A stretch of DNA of 64,000 nucleotides from an uncultured delta proteobacterium (GTDB lineage: Bacteria; Myxococcota_A; Polyangia; Polyangiales; Polyangiaceae): assembly GCA_963806225.1 (NCBI GenBank), contig CAWDXG010000003.1, positions 192,001 to 256,000 of the forward strand, read 5' to 3'. The notes below the pieces were generated by a model. That model searched no databases and was not told the DNA's origin. It saw only the letters and a program-made list of their open reading frames with translations. The position numbers were made by a program, and so were the translations under genes. Numbering within the stretch: the first letter of the stretch is position 1; each line of letters opens with the position of its first letter. Below are positions 19,501 through 28,613 of the stretch, one piece after another.

Positions 19501-21491
19501 TAGAGCGTGGCCTGGTCCTTCGCCTTGGCGTTGAGCTGCGCGCGTTCGTCGATCGCTGCGGCGGCCTGGTCCCACGCTTCGACCTGCACAAAGCACCGCT
19601 CGGCCGCTTCCCAGAGGCCGGGATCCTTCGCGAGCGCGGCGCCCTCGGCGAAGGCGTCGCCCGCGCCGGCGATCTCGCCTGCGGACTGGCGGAGCTCGCC
19701 GAGCTTGCGGAACAAGAGGCCGCGCGCCCGTTCGTCGCCGACGCTGCCGATGTTGTCCGCGATCACCTGGGCGGCCAGATCGTGCCGCTCGCCCTTCTCG
19801 AAGTGACGCACCGCCGTGTTGATGGCGGTCTCGTCCTCCGGCGTGAGGCTCGCGATGCGCGCCCACGCCTCGCCGGTGGCCACCGGATCCTTGCGCTTCT
19901 GCTCGTGGATCTTGGCGATCGCCTTCTCCATGGAAAGGCGCGCTTCGATGTCCGTCGTCTGCTCCGCTTCCTGCTCCAGCAGGGTGGTGAGGTCGTCCCA
20001 GTGCCCGGCGCGTTCCAGCAGGCGTCGAAGCTGGTTCTTCGGGCCCTCCTCGCCGCGGTCGATCGAGACGAGCTGCTTCCAGGCCTGGATGGCCGTGTCG
20101 AGATCCCTGAGCTGCGTCTCGCAGAGCCCGGCGATCTCCCGCAACCAGCCCTTGCGCGCATCGATATCGACGCCGGGAACGCGGCACGCCTCGAGCAGCA
20201 TGTCGCGCAGATCAGCGTATTTGCGCGTCTGGCGGAGGTAGCCCTCGAGGAAGCCCACCGCCTCCTCGTTGGACGGCTCGAGCTCGATCACCTCGCGGTA
20301 CTTCGCGGCCGCGTCGGACTTCTTCCCCTTGCGGACGAGCTGCTCGGCAACGTCGAGCAGACCGCGGACGCGTTCGGGGTTCGGCGCATCCGCGGACGGC
20401 GCCAGCGCGTCGAGCATGGAGTCGTCGGCGATGCCGCCTTCGTGCACCGTCTGCGACACGAGCTGCCGCGCCTCGCCGGCGAGCGCGCCCTGCGGGTTCG
20501 CCTTGAGATACGCTGCCGCGTACGACGCAACCTCGGAGGAACGACCAAGCTCGGCGCCGTAGTAGATCGCGAGCTGGATGGCACGGTCGTTCGCGGCATC
20601 GACCTCGAGCGCGCAAACCGAATACGAATAGCCGTGCTCGCCGGGGAACTCCTCCGCGAGCTCGACGAAGAGCTGGGCGGCTTCGCCCTGCTCGCTGTCG
20701 TGCACCGATTCGCCAGCCTGCACGCGTTCGAGCACGAGGCCCGCGATCTGCTGCTTCAGTCCGGCGTCCTGCCCGCCTTCGATGGAACGTGCAGCGCGCA
20801 ACGCTTCCGTCGAACCGGACAGGTCGCCAGCGTTGCGCCGCACTTCCGCTTCGTCCTGGTACAGCGCGATCTGCCGTTCGGCATCGCCAACCAGGGCCTG
20901 CTCCATAGCGAAATACGGAATCGCATCGGCCCACTGGCCGGCGCTCTTGTGCAGCTCGCGGAGCGCGTAGATCGCGTACTGGCTGTTCGGGTCGTACTCG
21001 ACCGCGCGGCGGAAGTTGTCGATCGCCTTCCTGGATTGGGAAAGCGGTGGCTCGGACCACAGGCGGCCCAGCTCCTCGTGGATACCGGCAACGTGACCGC
21101 GCATCTCCGGATCGTGTTGCGCCAACGGAGCGAGCGCCTTGGCGCGGCGCTCGAGCAACGCAACCAGCGCCTTGGTATCGCCCTTGTCGCGGTACAGATC
21201 GGCGAGTCGTTCGGCCGGGGTCGCCTGCGTCGGATCGCGATCGATCGCGATCATCAACGCGCGTGCCGCGCGGTGCGCGTCGCCGAGCGTCGTCGTCCAG
21301 ACGTTGGCGGCTTCGGTCAACCAGTGACAGGCGAACGCCGGATCACTGGTCGCTGTTCCGACCTTCTCGAGCAGCATCGCGTACGAGCGCGGATCACTCT
21401 GACCCGCATGGTGCGCATACGTGATGGCTTCCTGATCGTGCGGATTGTGGACCAGTCGCTGAACCAGCGCGTCCATCTCACGAGGGTCCAT
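16563..21491 (-). CDS. Giant tetratricopeptide-repeat protein (1642 aa) with Pro-rich, acidic C-terminal tail
   Basis: Uninterrupted ORF with many TPR-like helical pairs (AIDNFRRAVEYDP, YREVIELEPSNEEA, YELVLKELDPKNEEAL). No signal peptide seen. Confidence 0.8.
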   Translation of the reverse strand: MDPREMDALVQRLVHNPHDQEAITYAHHAGQSDPRSYAMLLEKVGTATSDPAFACHWLTEAANVWTTTLGDAHRAARALMIAIDRDPTQATPAERLADLYRDKGDTKALVALLERRAKALAPLAQHDPEMRGHVAGIHEELGRLWSEPPLSQSRKAIDNFRRAVEYDPNSQYAIYALRELHKSAGQWADAIPYFAMEQALVGDAERQIALYQDEAEVRRNAGDLSGSTEALRAARSIEGGQDAGLKQQIAGLVLERVQAGESVHDSEQGEAAQLFVELAEEFPGEHGYSYSVCALEVDAANDRAIQLAIYYGAELGRSSEVASYAAAYLKANPQGALAGEARQLVSQTVHEGGIADDSMLDALAPSADAPNPERVRGLLDVAEQLVRKGKKSDAAAKYREVIELEPSNEEAVGFLEGYLRQTRKYADLRDMLLEACRVPGVDIDARKGWLREIAGLCETQLRDLDTAIQAWKQLVSIDRGEEGPKNQLRRLLERAGHWDDLTTLLEQEAEQTTDIEARLSMEKAIAKIHEQKRKDPVATGEAWARIASLTPEDETAINTAVRHFEKGERHDLAAQVIADNIGSVGDERARGLLFRKLGELRQSAGEIAGAGDAFAEGAALAKDPGLWEAAERCFVQVEAWDQAAAAIDERAQLNAKAKDQATLYATEADYLGRAGDESSAVLRLEQATDLDPVNDEYAAALEERYNLASRTEDLAAFLLRRADKLKDKDARVSLRKRAAELQRDVLGNPDAARESLQQVLADGDDAEALSLLADDAEQRTEFGDAVGFLHRLSKTISDRAQKAEVVLREARMVAAGLDDAEGAIERYELVLKELDPKNEEALSAVADLHEKNNNLKGTAEALERHLKVIEERQARLDIAQRLAQLYEGPLDDKRAAIRVLDIVRELDEEDFDALQRLCDLAEAVEDWERVADHTAALVSIEGDEAEVGRMTRKLAGILHEKLDKGDEALAALMSVADTGDDECRKDYVELGDKLGWKGIVATKLVEWYLESPVGPPRNEALRGAFDRFLEVGREADAANIAKELARTRGADAELAKQLEDVAVKLKDLDALGVAHDLMVEDLSGPPRAEEMVRQAEVLLSAGVAPPEAMQHGEQALTSVSPDEVDPLLERLSKLAADPGQVIDLYERQVTRCKAPPDRLNALARAAQVAAEHGALDRARNFFDIALGGGVQDDTLEKLQEMAHASDDAVGDARLRRTLAEALAAGGTGSRDGGRTRSAFLRRAAMLAYRDLEDVDKAFQWLGDSLVTHVDDEGLDALTGLAEEVGDPRRAETVLGRALEEVFDGPLVRKLLARRASLRRDRLDDKVGAAGDLKRLHDLSPSDTDVMEQLSALYTELQDWRGMVQLYEDQILRGKDAGSRAELARKVARLWEEKLDDPREAADAWRRVLRMKSGDPEATEGLERAKANMLKKKSEPEPEPEPPPKPEPPPAEAVLATAEDAAPAPEPGAEAVDAAGGDEDEDQPTIPPDASAQGGAVDEANAALDELIAHDKPERPDLGFPAQDEVTLSAEMEEMDSSGSEPGPPPGSAPPPPPARSAPPPPPSRSAHPPPRSAPPPPPSSRSAHPPPPPPPPPVATAAAAGAAAFDTTDTTDVTGPAVGEDAESVAVDEEELIVDEDELLED

Positions 21492-21621
21492 GTCGCGGCG
21501 ACGCTAACACGCGGCATATCCCAGCCGCAACGCGGGTTTAGCTGGGTTCGCATCCCGCCCGCCGGAGGTCTCGCGGGCGCGCTGTCGCGCGCGCCGTACC
21601 GGGGGCGGACCGGCCTGCCGG

Positions 21622-23139
21622 CTATTCGAATCGACCGTACTTGTCCCCGGCTTTCCGGTCCAGATCGACCGGCGCGGGAGCGTGCCGGCGGACGGGAGCC
21701 GCATGACGGGGTGCCTTGAGGGTTGTCGAGTGTCGTTGTGCCTTTTCCACTCTGGCGCTACTCGCCTCCGCCCCGGCATCGCTCGCGGCCTGCGCACCGC
21801 CGTCGGCGGTCAGGGGCGGAGCGCCCGGCTCGGGTGCGAGCGCGACAAGCGGAACCGACCCCGCCGGCTGTGCCGCGGACGCGGCAGCATGGGCTCGGGG
21901 CGGCGAGCTCAGCAGCCGCACCACCAGGTAGCCTCCGGAGAAGAGCAGCAGCGCGCCCAGCGCGCCCGCACTCGCCACGATGGCCCTGCGCGTCCGCGGC
22001 GAAGCCGGCACGCCGGGTGCGGACCACGACGTTGCGTGCACTCCGGTAACGACTGCGCCGGATTGCTCCATCGCTGCATCGAGCTCGGCGATGAACTGTT
22101 CGGCGCTCGCCGGTCGATCCGCGGGCGACTTGGCCAACACGCGACGCACGACGCGTTCGAGCAGCGGGGGCACCAGCGTCTGGGGGGACACCTGCCGCAT
22201 GGGCGGCGGCTCCTCCTTGATGTGGCGCGCCATCACGACCACCGCGTCGTCGTCGACATAGGGCGCGCGCCCCGTCAGCATCTGGAACAGGATCACGCCG
22301 AGCGAATACAGATCGCTGCGCGCGTCCAGCGGATTGCCCTGTGCCTGCTCGGGCGACATGTAGCGCGGCGTTCCGAACACGGTGCCCGCCTGCGTCTCGA
22401 GCTGATCCACTTTCTGCTCGTCGCTCAGGACCTTGGCGATCCCGAAGTCGAGTACCTTGCAGGTCTGCACACCCGGATTGCCTGCTTCGTCGGGCAGCGT
22501 GACGAGGAACAGATTGTCCGGCTTGAGGTCGCGGTGGACGATGCCCTTGGCGTGGGCTTCGGCGAGCGACTTGAGCGCTTCGCGGGCGACCCGCACCGCG
22601 TCCAGCACCGGAAGGCGGCGCGTACGTTTGAGCCGCTGTCCCAGCGTCTCGCCGTCGAGCAGCTCCATTGCAAGGAACCACGCGCCGTCCTCGGCGGCAC
22701 CGAAGTCGAACACCGTCACCGTGTGCGGGCTGACCAGCGCGCTGGTGGCGCGCGCTTCGCGCTCGAAACGGGCCTTGGTCTCCGGATCGTAGGCGCGATC
22801 GCGCCGCACGATCTTGAGCGCGACATCACGCCCGACCGCCTCCTGACGGGCGCGGTAGACGGCTCCCATCGATCCCGAGCCCAGCCGGGACAGGATCGTG
22901 AAGCGCCCGGCCACCGTGGTGCCGAGCATCACATCACCATGCGCCGCGGCCAGCTCCCCGCCGTCGACGAACGCCAGCCCGTGCTCGGGACAACGCGGCA
23001 GCGCGCCCGGACCCTGGGGTTCGTGCCCGGACGGTACCGCCTCGAGCTGCCGGTGACAGCGCGGACAAACCTGCCCACGCAGCGCGCTGAGCGGCGGCAA
23101 AGTTGCGTCGGAATCCTGAAGCGGGTGACTAGAGCCCAT
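21622..23139 (-). CDS. Membrane Ser/Thr protein kinase with N-terminal zinc-ribbon-like motif
   Basis: CPRC...CPEHG, GSGSMG, VALK, HRDLKPDN, DFG, GTPRYMSPEQ; one TM near the C-terminus. Confidence 0.93.
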   Translation of the reverse strand: MGSSHPLQDSDATLPPLSALRGQVCPRCHRQLEAVPSGHEPQGPGALPRCPEHGLAFVDGGELAAAHGDVMLGTTVAGRFTILSRLGSGSMGAVYRARQEAVGRDVALKIVRRDRAYDPETKARFEREARATSALVSPHTVTVFDFGAAEDGAWFLAMELLDGETLGQRLKRTRRLPVLDAVRVAREALKSLAEAHAKGIVHRDLKPDNLFLVTLPDEAGNPGVQTCKVLDFGIAKVLSDEQKVDQLETQAGTVFGTPRYMSPEQAQGNPLDARSDLYSLGVILFQMLTGRAPYVDDDAVVVMARHIKEEPPPMRQVSPQTLVPPLLERVVRRVLAKSPADRPASAEQFIAELDAAMEQSGAVVTGVHATSWSAPGVPASPRTRRAIVASAGALGALLLFSGGYLVVRLLSSPPRAHAAASAAQPAGSVPLVALAPEPGAPPLTADGGAQAASDAGAEASSARVEKAQRHSTTLKAPRHAAPVRRHAPAPVDLDRKAGDKYGRFE

Positions 23140-23168
23140 GGACGAGGCTCCCCCTCCAGATCAATTAC

Positions 23169-24236
23169 CTACAAGGGGACACACCGCAAGACGTACGTGC
23201 CGTTCGAGTTCACCGGCCGGCATCCAAGCTTGGAATTCCCGCAATCGGAGTCCCGGCAGCAGGCGTCCGAGCAGATTTTCTGGCCGCCGCCCACGTCCAG
23301 GCACTTGCCGGAGCGGCAATCGGCGTCGCCGGCGCAGGCCGCACCCGTGGCCCCGCTGCCGGTGCCGCCCTGCGGGATCAGGCAAAGCCGCGTCCCGACG
23401 CCGTTCTGGACGTAGTACGCGCACGAAAAACCAAGACCGCCGACGGCGATGCCGCAGTCGGTGCTCTTGCAGCACGGCTGGCTGCACAGATTGCCGACCC
23501 CGACGTTGATGCACGCGCGGCTCTGGCAGTCCTCGTTCTGGTTGCACGGTTGCTGGTAGCCCTGCGCGCCGGACGCAGAGCAGTAGAAGGAATCGTAGGG
23601 CTCGTTCTGGATCGGCCCCAGCGCACAGGAGGACGCAGAAGCCGCGGGGCAGTCCCCATTGCTGCAGCACGTATCGATGCACACGCCGCTCGCTCCACAG
23701 GCGCCCGACCTGCAGTCCGCGTCCGCACCGCAGGCGGAACCGTCCGCACCGCTGCCGGGAGTGCCGCGCCCCACCTCGGACGCGCGGCGGCACACCGCCG
23801 CACCCCTGGAGGTGGGCCAGCACACGGCGTCGCCGCTGCCACACTCCGCGGAGGTGCAGCAGCCGCGGGTGCAGAAGGGGCCGCCCGACTGTCCGAGAAC
23901 CGCCTGGGGATCGAGGCAGAACAGACCAGCAGGGCATGCTCCGCCTTGCCCGCAGGGTTTGCCGACGGAACCGTCCGCCGTGCCGCCGTCACCGCAGCCG
24001 TCGTCGACCACGCCGTTGCAGTCATTGTCGACCCCGTCGCCGCAGGCGTCGGTCTTCTGGCAGTCCACGCACGCGCCCGCACCGCAGACCTGCCCCGGTC
24101 CGCAGGCCGGCGGACCGATCGCGCCGGGGTCGCTGCACTTCACGTGATCCAGATTGGACGGCACGATCAGGCTGCAGCCACCCAGCAGTGCGAGCGCCAG
24201 CACCGCGGCACCCACGACAGCCTGTCCCAACCTCAA
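23169..24236 (-). CDS. Cys-rich lipoprotein
   Basis: Lipobox LGGC, a DGVDNDCNGVVDDGC metal-binding-type motif and three CxxxxDCxSxxC repeats. Confidence 0.75.
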   Translation of the reverse strand: MRLGQAVVGAAVLALALLGGCSLIVPSNLDHVKCSDPGAIGPPACGPGQVCGAGACVDCQKTDACGDGVDNDCNGVVDDGCGDGGTADGSVGKPCGQGGACPAGLFCLDPQAVLGQSGGPFCTRGCCTSAECGSGDAVCWPTSRGAAVCRRASEVGRGTPGSGADGSACGADADCRSGACGASGVCIDTCCSNGDCPAASASSCALGPIQNEPYDSFYCSASGAQGYQQPCNQNEDCQSRACINVGVGNLCSQPCCKSTDCGIAVGGLGFSCAYYVQNGVGTRLCLIPQGGTGSGATGAACAGDADCRSGKCLDVGGGQKICSDACCRDSDCGNSKLGCRPVNSNGTYVLRCVPL

Positions 24237-25114
24237 AATCTCATCCCCCAGCTAAAACCGGGTGCGGGCACAGCGCTCGGCGGCAGGGCGGGCATCGAGC
24301 GGGACACGTCGGCTCGCGCCGGAGCCGGCGCCCGCATGAAGTACAGCGCTCCGGCGGCCGCGCCGGACAGGATCCCGACGGCGAACGAAACGTCGGCCAC
24401 GACGGCATAGGAATGCGCGCGGCTCTGATCGTCCTGCATTCGGGAGTAGCTCCGGCTTCCGCCTGTCGACTGGTCGACGCCCGGCTCGGTGGCCAGGGCG
24501 CGGATACCGAAGATGCTGCCCACCACTACCGCCGCGGCTGCCACGCCGCCGGCGACATACACCCAGGTGTCAAGCCGCCCACGATGGCCCGGAGTCGAGC
24601 TGCCGGTCTTCTGGCTCGAGCCGGCATCCGGACTTTTCGTGCTCTCCGGACCTTCCGGGCTCTGCCGGCCGGAGGCGCTCGCATCCGCTGGCGTCTCGAC
24701 CTCGCGCCGGGCGCCCTCGAGACGCCGCAGGATGGCGCGAGCCCGCTGGCGTTCCGCCGGATCCTGCTCCATCCGCATGTAGTGGTGGAACTCGCGGATC
24801 GCGTCGTCGATCTGGCCGAGCTTCTCGTAGACGAGCCCCCGGTTATAGACGAGATCCTTGCCGTGCGGGTCGAGCGCGATAGCCTGGTTCAGCTCCTCGA
24901 TCGCCTCGCGATACTTCCCCTTGCGGTAGCGCTCGAGCGCCTTCTTGAAGTGCTTCCTCGCCAGCTGGACGGCCGCCGGCGAACCCTGCGCGGGCAGGGT
25001 CTTCGACTCGGCGTCCGATGCCCCAGCGGGGGGGCGTGCCGCCGCCACTCCCGGCAGCCCGAGAACGAGGACCAGGGAGAGTGCGCAGCACGAAAAGCCG
25101 CACCGGCATCTCAT
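24233..25114 (-). CDS. Secreted TPR protein with C-terminal hydrophobic region
   Basis: Signal peptide; TPRs ARKHFKKALERYRKGKYREAI and YNRGLVYEKLGQIDDAI; two hydrophobic segments. Start uncertain. Confidence 0.75.
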   Translation of the reverse strand: MRCRCGFSCCALSLVLVLGLPGVAAARPPAGASDAESKTLPAQGSPAAVQLARKHFKKALERYRKGKYREAIEELNQAIALDPHGKDLVYNRGLVYEKLGQIDDAIREFHHYMRMEQDPAERQRARAILRRLEGARREVETPADASASGRQSPEGPESTKSPDAGSSQKTGSSTPGHRGRLDTWVYVAGGVAAAAVVVGSIFGIRALATEPGVDQSTGGSRSYSRMQDDQSRAHSYAVVADVSFAVGILSGAAAGALYFMRAPAPARADVSRSMPALPPSAVPAPGFSWGMRF

Positions 25115-25267
25115 GCAACATCCAGCATAGCGTAACGGGCTAGATTTCGCCTCCAGAATGCCGCTCGCCCGCACGGCAACGCCAGAGCACGCCTGGCGGC
25201 GTAAGTCGGCGCCGCCTTGTTCGTTGTGTTTTCCGAGAGCCCGGTAGCCGGGCCGAACGGAGGACCC

Positions 25268-25942
25268 ATGCAACGCACGCGAGACCGGAGCGCGCGAATC
25301 CGCGCCGGAAAGACCCCCTATCTTCTGCTCGGTGGGCTGGCGGGCCTGGCCCTGGTCGCCCTCGGCACGCCGGCCCGCGCCGAGGGCTTCGCCCAGCCAC
25401 CGGACGACCCGGTGATCGCCGAGGGGCAGTCGCCCCCCCGCGATCGCAGCGACTACAACGACAACTACGAGCGCTACTACACACCGCAGTCGACCGTGCG
25501 GCTGATGACAGGACCGGCGCTCAGGGTTTCGCGGGAGAGCCCCGACGGCGGCCTGTTTGCTGCCGTGGACATCGGCGAGCGCGCGGCGGGCCTGCGGCTT
25601 TCGGGCAGCTGGGTGCGGGTCGGCAGCGCCCGCGGACTGTCGCAATACACCGGGGAGCTCTGGCTCGACTTCGGCAGCGGAAAGCGCCTGCACCCGATCC
25701 TCGGTGCGGGCGCCGGTGTGGCGCGCGAAAACCAGAAGGATGCGACGAGCGGCGCTCTCGAGTCACACACGCTGGGCATCGGACTGCTACGTGGCAGTCT
25801 GCAGTACTCGCTACCTGTGCGCGACACCGACGCGCGCGCCGCGCTTGATGTGATCGGCAGCGTTCCGGCCATCCGCGGCAGCTCGTCCGTCGACTCCTCG
25901 CCCTGGCTGCTGGTCGTCGCCAGCGTCGGCGTCGGTTTCTAG
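25268..25942 (+). CDS. Probable outer membrane beta-barrel protein
   Basis: GGAGG RBS and ATG 25268; signal peptide (ARA-E), amphipathic strands and terminal VGVGF. Confidence 0.6.
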   Translation: MQRTRDRSARIRAGKTPYLLLGGLAGLALVALGTPARAEGFAQPPDDPVIAEGQSPPRDRSDYNDNYERYYTPQSTVRLMTGPALRVSRESPDGGLFAAVDIGERAAGLRLSGSWVRVGSARGLSQYTGELWLDFGSGKRLHPILGAGAGVARENQKDATSGALESHTLGIGLLRGSLQYSLPVRDTDARAALDVIGSVPAIRGSSSVDSSPWLLVVASVGVGF

Positions 25943-25996
25943 CTGCGGAAAGCAGCGCGCCTTGTCGGGACAGGCGGGGCGGCTAGACTGCCGGAA

Positions 25997-26926
25997 GTGG
26001 ACGAAAACCCGCCATCGCCGATACGCGATCCCTTCGCTCCGGGCAGCCCCGCCGGACCGGTAGGGACGAGCGGAGCGGCGATCGGCTCGTTCGTCAGCGC
26101 GCTCATGGGGTTCGTGTGCCTGTGGGGCGTCGGCGGACTGCTCGCCATCGCGCTGGGTCTGGTGGCGCGCGGCGACATCGAACGATCGGAGGGGCGCCGT
26201 GGCGGCAGGGGCCTGGCGAACGCGGGCATCGCGCTCGGCGCGCTGAACCTGGTCGCCTCGGTGGTCGCGCTCGGCGCACTGATCACCTGGGCCGCGCGAC
26301 CGTCGAAGATCGTGCCGCCGTCCCGGCCGACCGTGGCGGTCTCGCCGCTGCCCTCGGTCGCCCCTCGGTCGCCCACGCCAGCGCCGTCACCGTCGGCAGC
26401 GCCCACCGGACATGGCACAAGCGCCTCGTTGCCCGCGCCGGGCAAGGCGTCCAGACAGAACGGCGTGATCGAGACCCGCGTAGGGCGCATCACGCTGGTC
26501 GACGTGGGGCCCGACATCCCGTCGTTGCAGAGCGAGCTCGACCACCAGCGAACGCTCGCCAGGACCAACAAGCAGAAGCTGCTCGTCTGGCTCGTCGTCA
26601 AGGACTGCCACCCCTGCAACGGGGTTGCCGCCGCCCTCGGGGACCGGCGCATGCAGCGCGCTCTCGCCGACGTCCGGCTGGTCCGGATCGACGTGAACGA
26701 TTTCGCGCTGGAGCTGGCCAGGCTGCACATTCCCGTCCAGAAGCTTCCCGGGTTCGCTCTCCTCGGAACGGACGACCGCCCGGTCGACTTCGTCCACGGC
26801 GGCGAGTGGGATGCAGACATTCCCGCCAACATCGCCCCCGTCCTGGGCAGCTTCGTGCGCGGAACCTACACGAAGCGCCGCCATCCGTGGCACGGCGGGC
26901 GGCGCGACGACGAGACACCGATCTGA
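25997..26926 (+). CDS. DUF4190-like membrane domain plus thioredoxin-like domain protein
   Basis: Two TMs around GGRGLANAGIALG, a Pro-rich linker, then LVWLVVKDCHPC (CxxC) and a KLPGFALL cis-Pro-like motif. Confidence 0.6.
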   Translation: MDENPPSPIRDPFAPGSPAGPVGTSGAAIGSFVSALMGFVCLWGVGGLLAIALGLVARGDIERSEGRRGGRGLANAGIALGALNLVASVVALGALITWAARPSKIVPPSRPTVAVSPLPSVAPRSPTPAPSPSAAPTGHGTSASLPAPGKASRQNGVIETRVGRITLVDVGPDIPSLQSELDHQRTLARTNKQKLLVWLVVKDCHPCNGVAAALGDRRMQRALADVRLVRIDVNDFALELARLHIPVQKLPGFALLGTDDRPVDFVHGGEWDADIPANIAPVLGSFVRGTYTKRRHPWHGGRRDDETPI

Positions 26927-27024
26927 ACCGTGACACGCGGCCGCGCCCGGCCGGAAGCAGGCGCCAGCCGGCGCTGGCATGCCTTGTCCGGCTGGAAGCC
27001 AACCGCTAGTATCCGGCGCGCGGT

Positions 27025-28593
27025 ATGTCCGGCGCACAACACATCGGTACCCCTCTCCCAGTCGGTTCCACCATCATCCCCGGGACGCTCCGGGCGGGCA
27101 TGGAGGAGCGCCGGGCCAAGGCCACGCACCACACCCTGAAGCAGGCCGTCGGTATCGTCGTGCCTCTCTGCGTGGAGGTCGCCGAGCGTCATGCAGCCGG
27201 CGAGACGCTCTTTCTGCACCCCTCGACGGTCGTCACCGACGAGCTCGGCCACTACCACGTCTCGCCGGAGCTCTCGCAGAGCCCACCCACGCTGCCGCGG
27301 GACCGGGTGTGTCTAGCTCCCGAGGAGCGCAACGGCCAGCCGGGCAACGCGCGCGCCAGCGTGTACGCGATCGGTGCCATCCTCTACGAGCTGGTGACCG
27401 GCGAGACGGTGGGCCCGGGCATGCGCCGCCCGACCGAGGTCGTCCCGACCCTCCCCGTCGAGCTGGAGGCGGTGCTCAGCAAGGCGCTGGTCGCCGACCC
27501 GGAACACCGACCCGACGACCTCAACGCGCTGGCGCAGGCCATGCATCACATGGCCCCTTCGGGCAGCATTCCGCCGCCGGAGGCCGACGAATCCCACCTG
27601 GATCACGACGAGAAGTTCGAGGTCGACGTGTCCATGTCGATGATGCCGCCGGCGCCGGCCGTGCCGGGCGGCTTCGACCAGGGCGCAGCAAGCCCCTACG
27701 ACATGCTCATCCAGGAGAAAGTCGTCGCTCCTCCGCCGCAGAGCGACTCGACGAACGAGCTGAGCCTGCTCAAGGCCCGGCTCGAGAGCGATCCGCGGCC
27801 GCGCTACGTGGTCATCAGGGAGGGCATGGACCACGGCCCGTTCAGCGCCGTCGAGCTGCTGCAGCAGATCGCCACCCACAATTTCGTCGATGGCGATGTG
27901 CTCAGGGACACCTTCAGCAAGGACGAGCGCCCCGTCAAGGACTGGGACGAGTTCGCCCCGTTCGCGGAGCACGCGCGCCTCCACCGCGACATCAAGGCCG
28001 AGAAGGAAGCCATCGAGCGCGTCGTGGTCGAAGAGCGCAAGAGCACGACGAGCAAGGCGCTCATCGGCGTCGGCGTGGTGGGCGCGCTGCTGGTGATCGC
28101 CGTCGTGTGGTTCCTCACCCAGCGCGGCAGCAAGAGCGACCGCATCGCCGTGCAGGGCGAAACCGTGACGAACATCGAGACGGACGCCGGGCTCAAGGTG
28201 CCCAAGAGGAAGCACCATCGCGGACGCGGAGGCGTGGTCGGCTCGCAGGGCGGCATCCCGATCCTCGCAGGCGGCACCAGCTGCGAGGCCGCGCTAGCCG
28301 CCTACAACGAGGAGATCAGCATCGGAGGCAAGAAAGGGCCGGCCGACATCACCGCGGGGCAGTACGGTTCGGTCCTGAACCGCGGCAGCTACTTCTCGCA
28401 CTGCGGCGTTCCCAACAGCATGAGCGTCAGCATCTGCGCCGCTGTGCAGAACGGCCACGCCGTCGGTGTCTCGGTGTACACCAAGCCCCGCGATCGCAGG
28501 GTCGCCGGTTGCGTGGCCTCGAGCGTGCGGGGACTACATTTCCCGAGTAACCCGCGACTCGATGTGACGCGCACGACGTTCGCCGCGCAGTAG
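27025..28593 (+). CDS. Pseudokinase (C-lobe) - GYF_2-like - TM - periplasmic domain protein
   Basis: APEE...ASVYAIGAILYELVTG...DPEHRP without GxGxxG, HRD or DFG; YVVIREGMDHGPFSAVEL; one TM; Cys-containing C-terminal domain. Start may be 27100. Confidence 0.65.
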   Translation: MSGAQHIGTPLPVGSTIIPGTLRAGMEERRAKATHHTLKQAVGIVVPLCVEVAERHAAGETLFLHPSTVVTDELGHYHVSPELSQSPPTLPRDRVCLAPEERNGQPGNARASVYAIGAILYELVTGETVGPGMRRPTEVVPTLPVELEAVLSKALVADPEHRPDDLNALAQAMHHMAPSGSIPPPEADESHLDHDEKFEVDVSMSMMPPAPAVPGGFDQGAASPYDMLIQEKVVAPPPQSDSTNELSLLKARLESDPRPRYVVIREGMDHGPFSAVELLQQIATHNFVDGDVLRDTFSKDERPVKDWDEFAPFAEHARLHRDIKAEKEAIERVVVEERKSTTSKALIGVGVVGALLVIAVVWFLTQRGSKSDRIAVQGETVTNIETDAGLKVPKRKHHRGRGGVVGSQGGIPILAGGTSCEAALAAYNEEISIGGKKGPADITAGQYGSVLNRGSYFSHCGVPNSMSVSICAAVQNGHAVGVSVYTKPRDRRVAGCVASSVRGLHFPSNPRLDVTRTTFAAQ

Positions 28594-28613
28594 CGCTGGC
28601 AGGAGGGGAGCCC

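Noticed and set aside
16233..21719. Long + strand ORFs antisense to the giant TPR gene, and similar shadow ORFs elsewhere
   Set aside because: These are typical high-GC antisense shadows, Arg/Ala-rich and without recognisable motifs.
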